Origin: a virus
DNA length: 64,000 bases
IMG/VR virus record: IMGVR_UViG_3300044529_000082
Coordinates: 8,299-72,298 of that record
Reading direction: 5' to 3' (one strand)
The position numbers were made by a program, and so were the translations under genes. The notes under the pieces were generated by a model that saw nothing but the letters and a program-made list of their open reading frames with translations, was not told where the DNA came from and did no database searches. Positions 54,632 through 63,726 of this stretch are shown here, one piece after another; position 1 is the stretch's first letter, and each line of letters starts with the position of its first letter.

Positions 54632-55570
54632 TTATTGAGCGGCCGGAGCGGTTACCATTTCCTGATAAACCGACATGCCGTTATTAAGAAGTGATTTGTA
54701 ATACTGCGCGAAACCCTGGACCACTCCACGGTGAATCTCTGTCTTTGCGGCAACGAAAAGCTGCTCTTTAATCCAGTCGGCTTCCTCTTCCAGAGTGTCG
54801 CGTTGAATCTCTCGGACCAGTGGACCGATATCCTTTTCCGCATTGGCAAGCTGGCCCGCCTCTCGGAGATGCTGAATCGCTTTGAGCCATCGCGCCTCGG
54901 TCCGCAAGCTGTTTATGATTGCTTGCATGTGCTCGCCCTGTCCGGCCTTCGGATTGCGGGGCTGGCTGGACTGCTTCTCTTTGAAGCGCTCAGAGACAAT
55001 TTTGGCGGTCATTGGCGCGAAGCCCGATTCGGACTCCGGATGCGGCAACGCATAGTTCTTTATGACAATGCCCTCGACCTTGCAACCGCCTAGAGCAGAG
55101 TCGGTCTGAAGAAAAGCGTCCACCCATTCTTGGGTTGGAGATAGCTCGCCGAAATGCAGAACCGGAACGGGTTCGAGACCTAAAATGTCGGCGGACGCGC
55201 GTTTCGCGTCGAGCGACAAATAGGTTCCATCTTTATCTTTCGCGTCGAAAAGCACCAGATGGCTTCTAGGTATCCGGTTGTATGACAGAACGTTGTGCTT
55301 CGGCTTGGCGAGATATTCGCACTGATAAACCCGTCCGGGCACGAGCACGTCACCGAACCCGAGCGCGGTTTCTACTGCGGCTGAAAACATGCCCGGAGCG
55401 TTCAAGTCGATGACTTGTCCCTTGCTGCGGCAGACCAATACGCCCTCTTCCAGGTCAAGGCCAAACTGGAACTGGCTGCCGTCGATTTTCTCCTCGACCG
55501 CGACTGGGCCTCGGAGAATGTCAGTATTGAACCGTGTTCCGAACGTGTAGATTTTTGGGATTTTGTTCAT
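54632..55570 (-). CDS. RNA ligase, Rnl2-like
   Basis: EEKIDGSQF (motif I), CEY, LFDA, EGIVIK (motif IV), AKIVSERFKE (motif V). Confidence 0.75.
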   Translation of the reverse strand: MNKIPKIYTFGTRFNTDILRGPVAVEEKIDGSQFQFGLDLEEGVLVCRSKGQVIDLNAPGMFSAAVETALGFGDVLVPGRVYQCEYLAKPKHNVLSYNRIPRSHLVLFDAKDKDGTYLSLDAKRASADILGLEPVPVLHFGELSPTQEWVDAFLQTDSALGGCKVEGIVIKNYALPHPESESGFAPMTAKIVSERFKEKQSSQPRNPKAGQGEHMQAIINSLRTEARWLKAIQHLREAGQLANAEKDIGPLVREIQRDTLEEEADWIKEQLFVAAKTEIHRGVVQGFAQYYKSLLNNGMSVYQEMVTAPAAQ

Positions 55571-56283
55571 AACACTTTAGAAAAAGCTTCATCCACGAGC
55601 TGCTTGAAAAGGTCCCTTTGTTCTTTATTCGCCGCCGACCGCGCCAACGCCGCCGACGTCGCATCAGCCGACCGCGCCGCCGCATAAGCCGCCGCATCAG
55701 CCGACCACGCCGCCGCATCAGCCGCCGCATCAGCCGACCACGCCGCCGCATAAGCCGCCGCATCAGCCGACCACGCATCAGCCGACCGCGCCGCCGCATC
55801 AGCCGACCGCGCCGACCACGCCGCCGCATCAGCCGACGTCGCATCAGCCGACCGCGCCGCCGCATAAGCCGCCGCATCAGCCACCGCCTTAGCCGCCGAC
55901 CGCTTCGATTCGTCCCCGGTTTCAAGGTATTCCCGAACAACCGGCGGGACTTCACCGCGCCAGTTTTTCAAGCAACTCAGGGCGCACAAGCGAGCAAATT
56001 TTCGCATCACTTCGGTAGCGTCAATGCTGGCCGCAATCCTCCGCCGATTAGAAACTACTTTGTCCACCGGGTCCCCGTGCGTTTTGACTTCGTCCCCCAA
56101 TTCCACTATATGCAGCCGATTTCCGGGCGCATATTTAAGCGCATCGAACGGATGCTCGCTTGCATGCAATCCAGACTCGCAGGGAATAACTGGCCCGGTG
56201 TGGGTAAGCCATTCCCCGGGCTGGGGAACGGGGCGTCCATCGCGGAGTTTATCTCCAGTGAAGTGATAATAGTATTTTTTCAT
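55567..56283 (-). CDS. Phage protein with CxxGLHA domain and Ala-rich repeats
   Basis: CESGLHASEHPFDALKY followed by repeated AA(W/R/Y)SADA units. Confidence 0.7.
   Translation of the reverse strand: MKKYYYHFTGDKLRDGRPVPQPGEWLTHTGPVIPCESGLHASEHPFDALKYAPGNRLHIVELGDEVKTHGDPVDKVVSNRRRIAASIDATEVMRKFARLCALSCLKNWRGEVPPVVREYLETGDESKRSAAKAVADAAAYAAARSADATSADAAAWSARSADAAARSADAWSADAAAYAAAWSADAAADAAAWSADAAAYAAARSADATSAALARSAANKEQRDLFKQLVDEAFSKVL
55630..55900. repeat. Imperfect coding tandem repeats (gccgccgcatcagccgacc family)
   Basis: Visible directly in the sequence. Confidence 0.85.
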
Positions 56284-56382
56284 TGCTCGTTTGATTTTCT
56301 GCGGTTGTATCCCGGTTTTTTGCCGGACTGGTGAATTCGTTCCGTGGGCCGAAGCTGTCCCCAGCTCCGGCGCACTTTGATG

Positions 56383-57585
56383 CTATTCGATGACTTCGAT
56401 GACTGCACGGGATACCTTGGTTTGTTTGCGGCCCTTGTATTCTTCATGGGTCTTCACGGTGAAAGTGGCCACAATTTTCTGGTCCACCGATAAATCGAGT
56501 TCGGTCGCGGTCTTCCACATAATGCTTTCTCCGCCCGGGCCGCGAAAAATGTGCAGGAACTGGTAACCATACATCGACTCAAAGCCGACTGAGCGAACGT
56601 AGCTCAGCTCAACATGGCGGACGCGCTTTCCGACTTCACCGAAATAGGCATCCACGCGGCCCGCGTTCTGTTCTACCTGGCGCGCATAATACTCAGGCAC
56701 GAAGGCCAGAATGCCGATGTTGCGGGGCTCGACAGCTTCGCACTTGCAAGCGACAAGCATATTGTGCTCAAAATCGTTTAGTTCAGATTCCGGGCGCGCG
56801 CCGAGAGTATCGAGCACGAATTGCCGGGCAACCTGGGCACGCTCCTCGTCCTGGGGCTCCGGCAGAAAATAATCTCGGCCGAGTTTATCGTCGCGGACGG
56901 GGTTCATCCATTTCGAGGCTGTCGATTTGGTGGACCGGGTTTGGCCGCTGATGTCGTCCCGTTCGCGCTGGCTGGAGATATATCCACGAAGGCGAATCGC
57001 GCAGGCCGCATAATTCAGCATGGTGCTAACGTGCGAAAGTTGCCAGTTTCCCGGGTCACGATATTCGCTAGACTCCTCAGCACCGCACAACTCTCCGACT
57101 GAGAAAATGATTTCAGCCCACTTGGCGAGCTGGTGCGGGTCGGCGTGCCCGAGAAAATCCTTGATACAGTTGCTGCCGACTTGTTTCTGGGCGCCGGAGT
57201 CGTGAACCAAAACGTAAGTGTCGCGGCGGTTGCGGAGTGTGTTGCAATGGTCGCATTTCGGGGCGCCCTCGCGGAAGCTGGACAGCTCGACCGCGCAGCC
57301 CGGGGCTTTGCGGAGGATGTTCCCGGCTTCAGAGTGCTCAACCAGGGCCGCAAAGGTCCAGCCCGAGAATTTCGGAGTCTCGCCGATAACCTCGATGAAA
57401 CGGAATCGGTCCACGCGAACAACGGCGTTAGTAATCTCGTTTCGGATTTCCTTGTCTTCAAAACGGCCGGTGTCGCGGACGACAATCGCGGGAACGCCAA
57501 GCTTGGCGGCGCGCCGGTTCAAAATGTCAATCTGGTGCTTCAGACCCTCGATTCGGTCTTCTCGGATGCGGTATTCGTTTTGCAT
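56383..57585 (-). CDS. Conserved phage protein with Zn-ribbon and C-terminal OB-like fold
   Basis: CDHC..RNRR..Y..QVGSNC..FLG; C-terminal YFGEVGKR..FTVKTH.EYKG.KQT. Confidence 0.7.
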   Translation of the reverse strand: MQNEYRIREDRIEGLKHQIDILNRRAAKLGVPAIVVRDTGRFEDKEIRNEITNAVVRVDRFRFIEVIGETPKFSGWTFAALVEHSEAGNILRKAPGCAVELSSFREGAPKCDHCNTLRNRRDTYVLVHDSGAQKQVGSNCIKDFLGHADPHQLAKWAEIIFSVGELCGAEESSEYRDPGNWQLSHVSTMLNYAACAIRLRGYISSQRERDDISGQTRSTKSTASKWMNPVRDDKLGRDYFLPEPQDEERAQVARQFVLDTLGARPESELNDFEHNMLVACKCEAVEPRNIGILAFVPEYYARQVEQNAGRVDAYFGEVGKRVRHVELSYVRSVGFESMYGYQFLHIFRGPGGESIMWKTATELDLSVDQKIVATFTVKTHEEYKGRKQTKVSRAVIEVIE

Positions 57586-57591
57586 GGTTCT

Positions 57592-57620
57592 AATTTGCCC
57601 TCGGCGGCGCCGAAATGCAA
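57592..57620 (-). promoter_or_regulatory. Sigma70-like promoter TTGCAT-N17-CAAATT-N6-ATG
   Basis: Minus strand, with an A-rich tract upstream. Confidence 0.55.
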
Positions 57621-57804
57621 ATTATTTTTTTGTCCGTAGTAATACGGGCTGCGGCATCAAGCTGGGCTCCGGTCGCTGCGCTATCATCCTGGCCCGGCGT
57701 AAAGCGTTCGAACGCTCGGAGGTCTTCCGATAGCTCGAAGCGCTCCTGGCTGCGCCTAGCCCTACGCTGTGCATTCCGTTGGCGGCTTCTGAGGCTCATG
57801 CGGC

Positions 57805-58050
57805 TCATAAAACGTAAGAAACTAGTTCATATCTACCGCTGTCCAGCCGAGAAATCACGACATGGAAGTATTTCTTGGTCGGGCGGTCCCGATACAGGTC
57901 CAGCTCGAAGTCGCCGTTGCGAACCTGACCGTAAGTCAGGGGCTCCTGGCACATAGACCAGACTTCAGAGGGACGACTAAGGAGGGCGCGGGATTCATCG
58001 GCTGCCCGAATGGCGCCGTCGATTGCTTGTGCAAAAGTTTCGTAATACAT
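57805..58050 (-). CDS. Hypothetical early protein
   Basis: 81 aa ending RLDSGRYELVSY, a motif seen in small phage proteins. Confidence 0.65.
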   Translation of the reverse strand: MYYETFAQAIDGAIRAADESRALLSRPSEVWSMCQEPLTYGQVRNGDFELDLYRDRPTKKYFHVVISRLDSGRYELVSYVL

Positions 58051-58056
58051 GCATGC

Positions 58057-58085
58057 ACACTACACCCAGCGAGTGTATCGTGCAA
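58057..58085 (-). promoter_or_regulatory. Sigma70-like promoter TTGCAC-N17-TAGTGT-N6-ATG
   Basis: Read on the minus strand. Confidence 0.55.
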
Positions 58086-58230
58086 GTAGTATTTATACGG
58101 ATTCTTTCGGGTCCGTAAAAGTCAGCCGGCAGGGCGAGTCAATCATCTTGGCATACTCCGGCGTTTTCCACCTCGTCGCGCTCGGCCCAGCGTGAAAATT
58201 GCGGGTATCCGGCTAAAGTGGTTGAAGTCA

Positions 58231-58449
58231 TTAGTCTTTCTTGACCGGCTTTCCGCAGAACGGGCAGTGAGAGACAAACATGCTGGTTGGCCGTTTCTTC
58301 TTACCCTTCGGAGCCTTGTCCTCATCAATCCATTCAGTATTGATGGTGAAAACAGGCTTAAAGGTTGGCATGATAAAGGCATACCCCGACAGGCGGAGGT
58401 TGTGCTCTTTCAGCTTCTCATTCACTTCTTTGATGCAGTCGCAATTCAT
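58231..58449 (-). CDS. Small Zn-binding protein
   Basis: MNCDC...HCPFCGK. Confidence 0.65.
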   Translation of the reverse strand: MNCDCIKEVNEKLKEHNLRLSGYAFIMPTFKPVFTINTEWIDEDKAPKGKKKRPTSMFVSHCPFCGKPVKKD

Positions 58450-58610
58450 AACGTCTAATAGTTCAGTTTGTGTGCTTTTCGGTTTTCAACCATTTATGCC
58501 GGATAGCCAAAATTGCTTAGCCTTGGAGACGGGGACCAGATACCAGTGGCTAGAGCAGTCTCGGTCGAGGAAGAATCGCTCCGGCGCGATACTGTCGCTT
58601 ATTTTGCCTT

Positions 58611-58892
58611 TCATACGAACGTGGCGAGGCAATCAATATTGTTGTCATATCGCACCCCACACTGGACCAGCTCCTTGACTTGCTCTTCGGTGATGCCCGA
58701 TTTCTCCAGCTCGTCCATTTCGACCGCGAACCAGATTTCGTCATGCTCCGCAGCCTGGACTATGTATCGGGAACCGGGGCACAGCTTGCTCAGCAGGTTG
58801 AACGCGCGCAGGTCCAGCGGATACCAGTCCTCCGGCGCTTTTAGAAAATCATCCTCGAACTTTTCGAACATTGCTTTTATTTTTTCGCTCAT
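58611..58892 (-). CDS. Hypothetical protein
   Basis: DLRAF.LL..L.P..AAEHDEIW motif. Confidence 0.6.
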   Translation of the reverse strand: MSEKIKAMFEKFEDDFLKAPEDWYPLDLRAFNLLSKLCPGSRYIVQAAEHDEIWFAVEMDELEKSGITEEQVKELVQCGVRYDNNIDCLATFV

Positions 58893-58972
58893 AAATCAAA
58901 ACCTGGGCCTGGGTCCGTTTTCTTCCGTCAGCAACCAGAGCACGACGACAACCACGAGTAGAGTGAAGCCAA

Positions 58973-59203
58973 TCATCTGGGGCCGGAGTGAATGCCATTA
59001 AACAGGCGTTGATATTTCTTCCAGGCCCAGCGGCGATAGGCGCTTTGAACATCGAGAACCCGCCACAGAAAAGGCTCGAACAACCGCTCGGTGAATTCTT
59101 GAATCAGAATGACCGGCAACGAAATCGGGACGACGAACAGGAGAATGGGTATCCCGATTGAAAGCCGGATTACAATGTCAGCGATTCGGTCTGATGTTTT
59201 CAT
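58973..59203 (-). CDS. Membrane protein
   Basis: One long hydrophobic segment. Confidence 0.45.
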   Translation of the reverse strand: MKTSDRIADIVIRLSIGIPILLFVVPISLPVILIQEFTERLFEPFLWRVLDVQSAYRRWAWKKYQRLFNGIHSGPR

Positions 59204-59468
59204 TTCGGCAGGTTCCGCCAGAACCGCGGAATAAATTATTGATTTCCCAGACTAAGGCGTTTAATGTTAGTCCGGCCAAATCTTTTTTCTGGCGCCCGGT
59301 AGTCACTGTGTAATTACAATGGCGAAAATGCACCTGAACCTGCCACGCTTCGCAGCGGCCCGGGGCGCTTATCGGGCATTCGTTAATGAGCTTCGCGCTG
59401 ACTACGTCGTCCAGACGGACGAACAGGGCGGTCTGGATTTCGAACATCATATTTTTTCCTGTGTCCAT
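59178..59468 (-). CDS. Hypothetical protein
   Basis: 96-aa ORF in the operon. Confidence 0.45.
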   Translation of the reverse strand: MDTGKNMMFEIQTALFVRLDDVVSAKLINECPISAPGRCEAWQVQVHFRHCNYTVTTGRQKKDLAGLTLNALVWEINNLFRGSGGTCRNENIRPNR

Positions 59469-59773
59469 TCATATCCTCGGCAGCCGTCATAGCTGCACGA
59501 AAAGGTTTCAATAGTGCCGCGTGAGCTGCGGGGTCGGCATCCGCATTCAGCAGCCGAACTGTGGTTCAACGGCGGCACAGGGGGCACGCGGGAGAATTCG
59601 AGAGGCGCGTTTTCAGGATGGCATCCGCCGCCGCAACATCCGGGTCCCCAATTAATTTCATCGTAATTTTTTCGATAGGCTTCGTCATTTTCAGTTCTGT
59701 TTTTGTCTCCCTTTCCGTTGATTCCAGGCTGCGAGCTGAGCAGGTCCCGGGTTCTGCCGCTATGTTTTTTCAT
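59447..59773 (-). CDS. Hypothetical protein
   Basis: NGKGDKNR..YRKNYDEINW motif, Cys-rich tail. Confidence 0.5.
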   Translation of the reverse strand: MKKHSGRTRDLLSSQPGINGKGDKNRTENDEAYRKNYDEINWGPGCCGGGCHPENAPLEFSRVPPVPPLNHSSAAECGCRPRSSRGTIETFSCSYDGCRGYEWTQEKI

Positions 59774-59778
59774 AATCC

Positions 59779-60192
59779 TTAGTCCAACCCGGCCTCCTCC
59801 CGGCTTTTCGTCACCCATTTTCCGGCGCGATAGACCCAGGCCTCCGTTGCCACACAATCACGCGCACGTGTAGCATCTGCGTTGAACCGGGAAAGGTGAA
59901 TAGAGGGCCTGGCATCAGCATACACGTTAACGAAAATGGGTTCCGAATCGCTCGGCGCGTTGACTATGTCGCCGGGGCCGGGACGAGGCGCATAACCATC
60001 TCCCAAAGCAACGGTCCCCCACTCGGAATAAACGGTCGGTTTGTCTTCTGTGCCATCAGGATTTTCCGTAATAGCCACAATAGGGAACTTCCCAGGAAAA
60101 ACTCCGCCTTTGTAGTCGGTGCAAAGGATGCGGACTCGGCGGCAGGACCCGTCTAAGGTGACAACGGGCTTGGTTGTGTCGAGCTTATTCAT
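59779..60192 (-). CDS. Hypothetical protein
   Basis: KPVVTLDG..VRILCTD..PIVA motif typical of small phage proteins. Confidence 0.6.
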   Translation of the reverse strand: MNKLDTTKPVVTLDGSCRRVRILCTDYKGGVFPGKFPIVAITENPDGTEDKPTVYSEWGTVALGDGYAPRPGPGDIVNAPSDSEPIFVNVYADARPSIHLSRFNADATRARDCVATEAWVYRAGKWVTKSREEAGLD

Positions 60193-60481
60193 TCGTTTGT
60201 GTAACTGGGTTTTTTCGCGAAGCGATGGCGGCGGAGACGCGCCCGGCCACGTGGGATACGGCAGTTAGCAGAGGCTCATACTCATACTTGGCCGCAATCC
60301 AGCTTCCAACAAACTCAGACCCGTGCTCAAGGAGCACGTTGGCGAAAAAGTTTTTCAGGCCCGTCAATTCCGCTTCACTGCGCGGGTCGATGACTATTAA
60401 ACTGCCAATCTCGCGGAATCGAGAAAGGGCGGCGGAGATTTGCTGAACCTTTTCAGGTGTCAATGGTGTCTGTTCGTTCAT
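60185..60481 (-). CDS. Hypothetical protein
   Basis: 98-aa ORF. Confidence 0.55.
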   Translation of the reverse strand: MNEQTPLTPEKVQQISAALSRFREIGSLIVIDPRSEAELTGLKNFFANVLLEHGSEFVGSWIAAKYEYEPLLTAVSHVAGRVSAAIASRKNPVTQTNE

Positions 60482-60499
60482 ATATTTCAGAGGAAGATA

Positions 60500-60733
60500 T
60501 CAGATTTTTCGGGACGGGGGAACACAAACTTCTGCTTCTACCCAAAAGCCCTTTCCCAAGCTGCGCATAACAAAGTATCCGCGGTCAGACAAAGCTTTGA
60601 CGGTTTGAGTGGAGAACCGAGGCACCGTCAAGCCGGGGATAGCCCAAAACCCCTCGGGATATCGCACCAGCTTGCCGCCATGGCGCCGGGCCAGTGCAAG
60701 AGCGTTGAGTTGTGTGATAGATAATTTTTTCAT
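60500..60733 (-). CDS. Hypothetical protein, winged-helix-like
   Basis: LSITQLNAL..GFW..TVKALSDRG. Confidence 0.55.
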   Translation of the reverse strand: MKKLSITQLNALALARRHGGKLVRYPEGFWAIPGLTVPRFSTQTVKALSDRGYFVMRSLGKGFWVEAEVCVPPSRKI

Positions 60734-60810
60734 GCTGTTTCAACTTATTTTTTCCTTCGGGTCGTTGGCGTCAACCCAGCCACGGTCGTCGAGCTTCCAG
60801 CGGTCCGTAG

Positions 60811-61140
60811 TTATACGGACATTTCTTTGAGCAGGTCCAGAAAATCCGCGTGCCTTTTGGCGAATGGAGAATCCGGCGCGGATTCTTTCAAGCGCTTTTG
60901 GTAGTCTGGGCACCCCTGCATCCGGATTTTCGTAATCTTCAGGGAGCTTTCCCAGAGATATTTTTCTCGGGCGGAAGAGTCGAGCGGTCCGCCTTGGCGA
61001 AGGGCGCATTCTACGTTAAGCTCCGCTTGGCTGATTCGCGCCGCGGCTTGCTGTTCCGAAATTCGTCTCGCGTAGTCGGCCGCTTCTTGCTGTTGCTTCT
61101 CTCGCTCTTTGCGGAGAAAATGCTGATACGCGGCGCCCAT
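60811..61140 (-). CDS. Hypothetical protein
   Basis: 109 aa, coupled to the upstream gene. Confidence 0.5.
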   Translation of the reverse strand: MGAAYQHFLRKEREKQQQEAADYARRISEQQAAARISQAELNVECALRQGGPLDSSAREKYLWESSLKITKIRMQGCPDYQKRLKESAPDSPFAKRHADFLDLLKEMSV

Positions 61141-61679
61141 TACTTCATTCCTTTCAATATCAAGTCAAGCTTTGCTTCGATTGCGTCGAGCCTGGAGAGC
61201 AGCACGGTGCGCTTATCGCGGGGAACTGGTGACGCGGCGCCGGTTGGGTCTAACAAAGCGCCTAGAGAGCGCAGGTGCTCGAAAATACCGTCCACAGCGG
61301 AGCGGATTGCGGGCTCGTTATCATAGTCGAGCTGCGCTTGCTCCTTGGTGTAGTTGTAATCGGGGTCCTCCGTTGGGCGAGGAAATTTCAGTCGAAGGTG
61401 ACCGAATTTGTAAGTCAAAACGTCCGCGATGCGGCACGCGAGATAAACGTCCAGGCGCACGGAGCAAAAGGTCCGGACTTCTCCGCCTATGTAGGATTGC
61501 ACCAGATAGACGGGCTTTGCATTGGGCGAGAGCTTCACGCCCCGGAGTTTATTTTCGATTTCAGCCACGTCAATCGCGGGCTGACGGAGAGCGGCGCGCG
61601 CGGTGAGCGGCGCTTGAAACCCGGCGTCGAGAAGGATTTTCCCGAGCCGGGACAGTTCCATGTCTTTCGGATAATTCAT
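61140..61679 (-). CDS. Hypothetical protein, first leftward gene
   Basis: Start MNYPKD lies 7 nt after a GTAACTGT motif on the minus strand (61687-61694). Confidence 0.55.
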   Translation of the reverse strand: MNYPKDMELSRLGKILLDAGFQAPLTARAALRQPAIDVAEIENKLRGVKLSPNAKPVYLVQSYIGGEVRTFCSVRLDVYLACRIADVLTYKFGHLRLKFPRPTEDPDYNYTKEQAQLDYDNEPAIRSAVDGIFEHLRSLGALLDPTGAASPVPRDKRTVLLSRLDAIEAKLDLILKGMK

Positions 61680-61741
61680 ACAATATACAGTTACAGACGA
61701 TTCGTATCTCCGCAACAATTATTTTTGAGGAAAATGAGCAT

Positions 61742-61940
61742 TCGTGGTAGAAGCAGCCTTTTCGGTATTCAAGTCTAGGTAAAAAGGGCCCCTAAGAATA
61801 AAAAGAATAAAAAGAATGAAAACACTGATATAGGTTATTATATTTATTTAAGTCTTGCGCGGAGATTAGTATTGTTCTTTTTATTCTTAGGAGGGGTCTG
61901 TCTATAGACTTGAATACCGAAAGGGCTGCTTCTACGACGA
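61742..61940. repeat. Large nested inverted repeat around an AT-rich core at the strand switch
   Basis: 36-bp arms 61742-61777 / 61905-61940 (2 mismatches); 19-bp inner arms 61792-61810 / 61872-61890 (1 mismatch). Confidence 0.9.
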
Positions 61941-62023
61941 GTGCACAAAGACCCGGCCAAGCCGGGGATGCGGCCTTTTCCGGAAAGGGCCGGTTTTCTT
62001 TGTTGCCCCGTCGCTGCGCTCCG

Positions 62024-62032
62024 GTAACTGTT
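62024..62032 (+). promoter_or_regulatory. GTAACTGTT motif
   Basis: 4 nt before the GTG start at 62037. Confidence 0.5.
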
Positions 62033-62036
62033 CGAT

Positions 62037-62210
62037 GTGAAACAGAAACTGAATCCACTTTACGCCAGCGTGCATCCCGAGGTTCAGAAACTGGCTGCCC
62101 AGGCACAGCGCGAGCAGCGCCTGAAAGCCCGGGCTCAGTGGTGGAACGCCAACAACCAATTACCCCAGGCAACCGGTTTGAAGCCGTTGCCACAATCTCC
62201 CAACAAATGA
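62037..62210 (+). CDS. 57-aa hypothetical protein
   Basis: MKQKLNPLYASVHPEVQ...SPNK*, ATGA-coupled to the next gene. Confidence 0.45.
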   Translation: MKQKLNPLYASVHPEVQKLAAQAQREQRLKARAQWWNANNQLPQATGLKPLPQSPNK

Positions 62211-62386
62211 CTAAAGCCGAATTGGTGAAGAAGCTCCAAGACGCAGGCGGCCCCGAGGACGCTGAAGTTTTGGTAGTAATTAACTCAAAAAACGAGACGC
62301 TTCTGTATGGCACAGAGCTCCTCGAAGTCTTAACCTCAGCCAGGCCACATTCTCCCCAGACGTGGGTTTCCCTGAACCTGTCATGA
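62207..62386 (+). CDS. Hypothetical protein
   Basis: MTKAELVKKLQ start typical of small phage ORFs. Confidence 0.55.
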   Translation: MTKAELVKKLQDAGGPEDAEVLVVINSKNETLLYGTELLEVLTSARPHSPQTWVSLNLS

Positions 62387-62655
62387 TTCCCAAATTGCAC
62401 TGTCCAGTTTGTAAGGCGCGCGGAACAATTGACCGCGAGGCTAGACGTTGTCGCAAATGCTACACCGCGCTGCTTTTCGCGGGTGACTCGGGGCACTCGA
62501 ACCAGGACGAGCTTTGGTTCATGTATTTTCGTGGGCCGCGTGGGCTCGGTTGGTATCAGCGAGGCTTGCTCGAAAGCGCGGAGCTAATGGGTCCCGGAGG
62601 ACAGCGCTCCAGTCAGATGGCTCCCGATGACCCATATGCGTCGCTCTACCGTTAA
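62383..62655 (+). CDS. Zn-ribbon protein
   Basis: CPVC..CRKC. Confidence 0.5.
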   Translation: MIPKLHCPVCKARGTIDREARRCRKCYTALLFAGDSGHSNQDELWFMYFRGPRGLGWYQRGLLESAELMGPGGQRSSQMAPDDPYASLYR

Positions 62656-63010
62656 GTTTTCGTTTGTCTATCCCGATTCGACGCACAAGATTGAAGTAAC
62701 CATACACCCCAGCCTGAGAGCACTCCGAGCTGGGATGAGGAGACGCGGCGAGAAAGACTACCGAGACACGCTCGCTTGCTGTTTTCAGCCGTATGATTTT
62801 TCTGAACCCATCGAGCTGCACTTTTGCTGCGAGTATCTGTCCACTGAAACCATTGCGCACGAATGCGTGCATGCCGCGTGGCACCGCTCAAGGTTTCTCG
62901 GTTACCCACGAGACCACGAGGAGCTTCAAGAAAAGCTGGCCGAGAATACCGGCATCATCGTTGCGCGCGTAACTGAAAAACTTTTGGAACTGGCAATCAA
63001 AATCAAATGA
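62627..63010 (+). CDS. Small zincin-like metallopeptidase-domain protein
   Basis: TIAHECVHAA..QEKLA. Confidence 0.6.
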   Translation: MTHMRRSTVKFSFVYPDSTHKIEVTIHPSLRALRAGMRRRGEKDYRDTLACCFQPYDFSEPIELHFCCEYLSTETIAHECVHAAWHRSRFLGYPRDHEELQEKLAENTGIIVARVTEKLLELAIKIK

Positions 63011-63708
63011 GCACTCCAAAACAGGCGGCCTACATCAAGTGCGGAATCACGAAAGCCCGCGAGCTGACTAAATCTCTGGACGAGATTGACCCGACATTCA
63101 CGAGCGAGGCGGAGTCCGCGGGCTTTGACGTTGAGCAAGCTTTCCAGTTATATGCGCAATTCTGTGGCGATGTTGAAAGGACCGCGCACGCTCTCGGCGT
63201 GGCGCCGGTCGATGTGCTGCGCGCCGCTGACCGGCTGAATTGGAATAAACAACTCGAAAAAATTCTTGAGTTGAAGAAATCCGGGCGAGCCGGTGACACT
63301 GAGCGCGGTATTAGCCGAGCCATGAATTTCGTCCAGGCGCACCGCATGCGCGTGGTGCTTGAACGATTGCTAAAAAGGTTTTACGACATGAGCGACGACG
63401 AGCTTTTCGAGTGCGCGTTTACCGTGAAGACGACGACCGCAAAGGACGGCAGCGTCAGCGAGTCACGCGCAGTCAACGCCAAGCCGTTTGCAGACCTAGC
63501 TACTGCGCTCGAAAAAGTTCAGAGCATGACCTATCTTGCGCTCAATGACACGGCCACTGAACGCGCGGCCCGGCGCGACGGTCTCGGAGAGGACGACAGC
63601 ACCAGCGCAGGCCAGCTTCACGCTATCATAGCGCAAGCTATGTCAGAGACCACGAGCCCGGCCGCTCAGTTATTGCAAGAGAAGCTCGATGGCGCGAAGC
63701 CTGAGTAA
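63007..63708 (+). CDS. Probable terminase small subunit (HTH)
   Basis: AFQLY..ERTAHALGV..W HTH followed by helical domains; lies upstream of the virion genes on a circular map. Confidence 0.45.
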   Translation: MSTPKQAAYIKCGITKARELTKSLDEIDPTFTSEAESAGFDVEQAFQLYAQFCGDVERTAHALGVAPVDVLRAADRLNWNKQLEKILELKKSGRAGDTERGISRAMNFVQAHRMRVVLERLLKRFYDMSDDELFECAFTVKTTTAKDGSVSESRAVNAKPFADLATALEKVQSMTYLALNDTATERAARRDGLGEDDSTSAGQLHAIIAQAMSETTSPAAQLLQEKLDGAKPE

Positions 63709-63726
63709 CTACGAAAGCGTTCGTAG

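Noticed and set aside
55521-56334. Arg-rich protamine-like ORFs
   Set aside because: Alternative frames of the Ala-repeat tract of 55567-56283
58450-58610. Possible ncRNA in an intergenic gap
   Set aside because: Only short 5-bp complementarities seen; insufficient support
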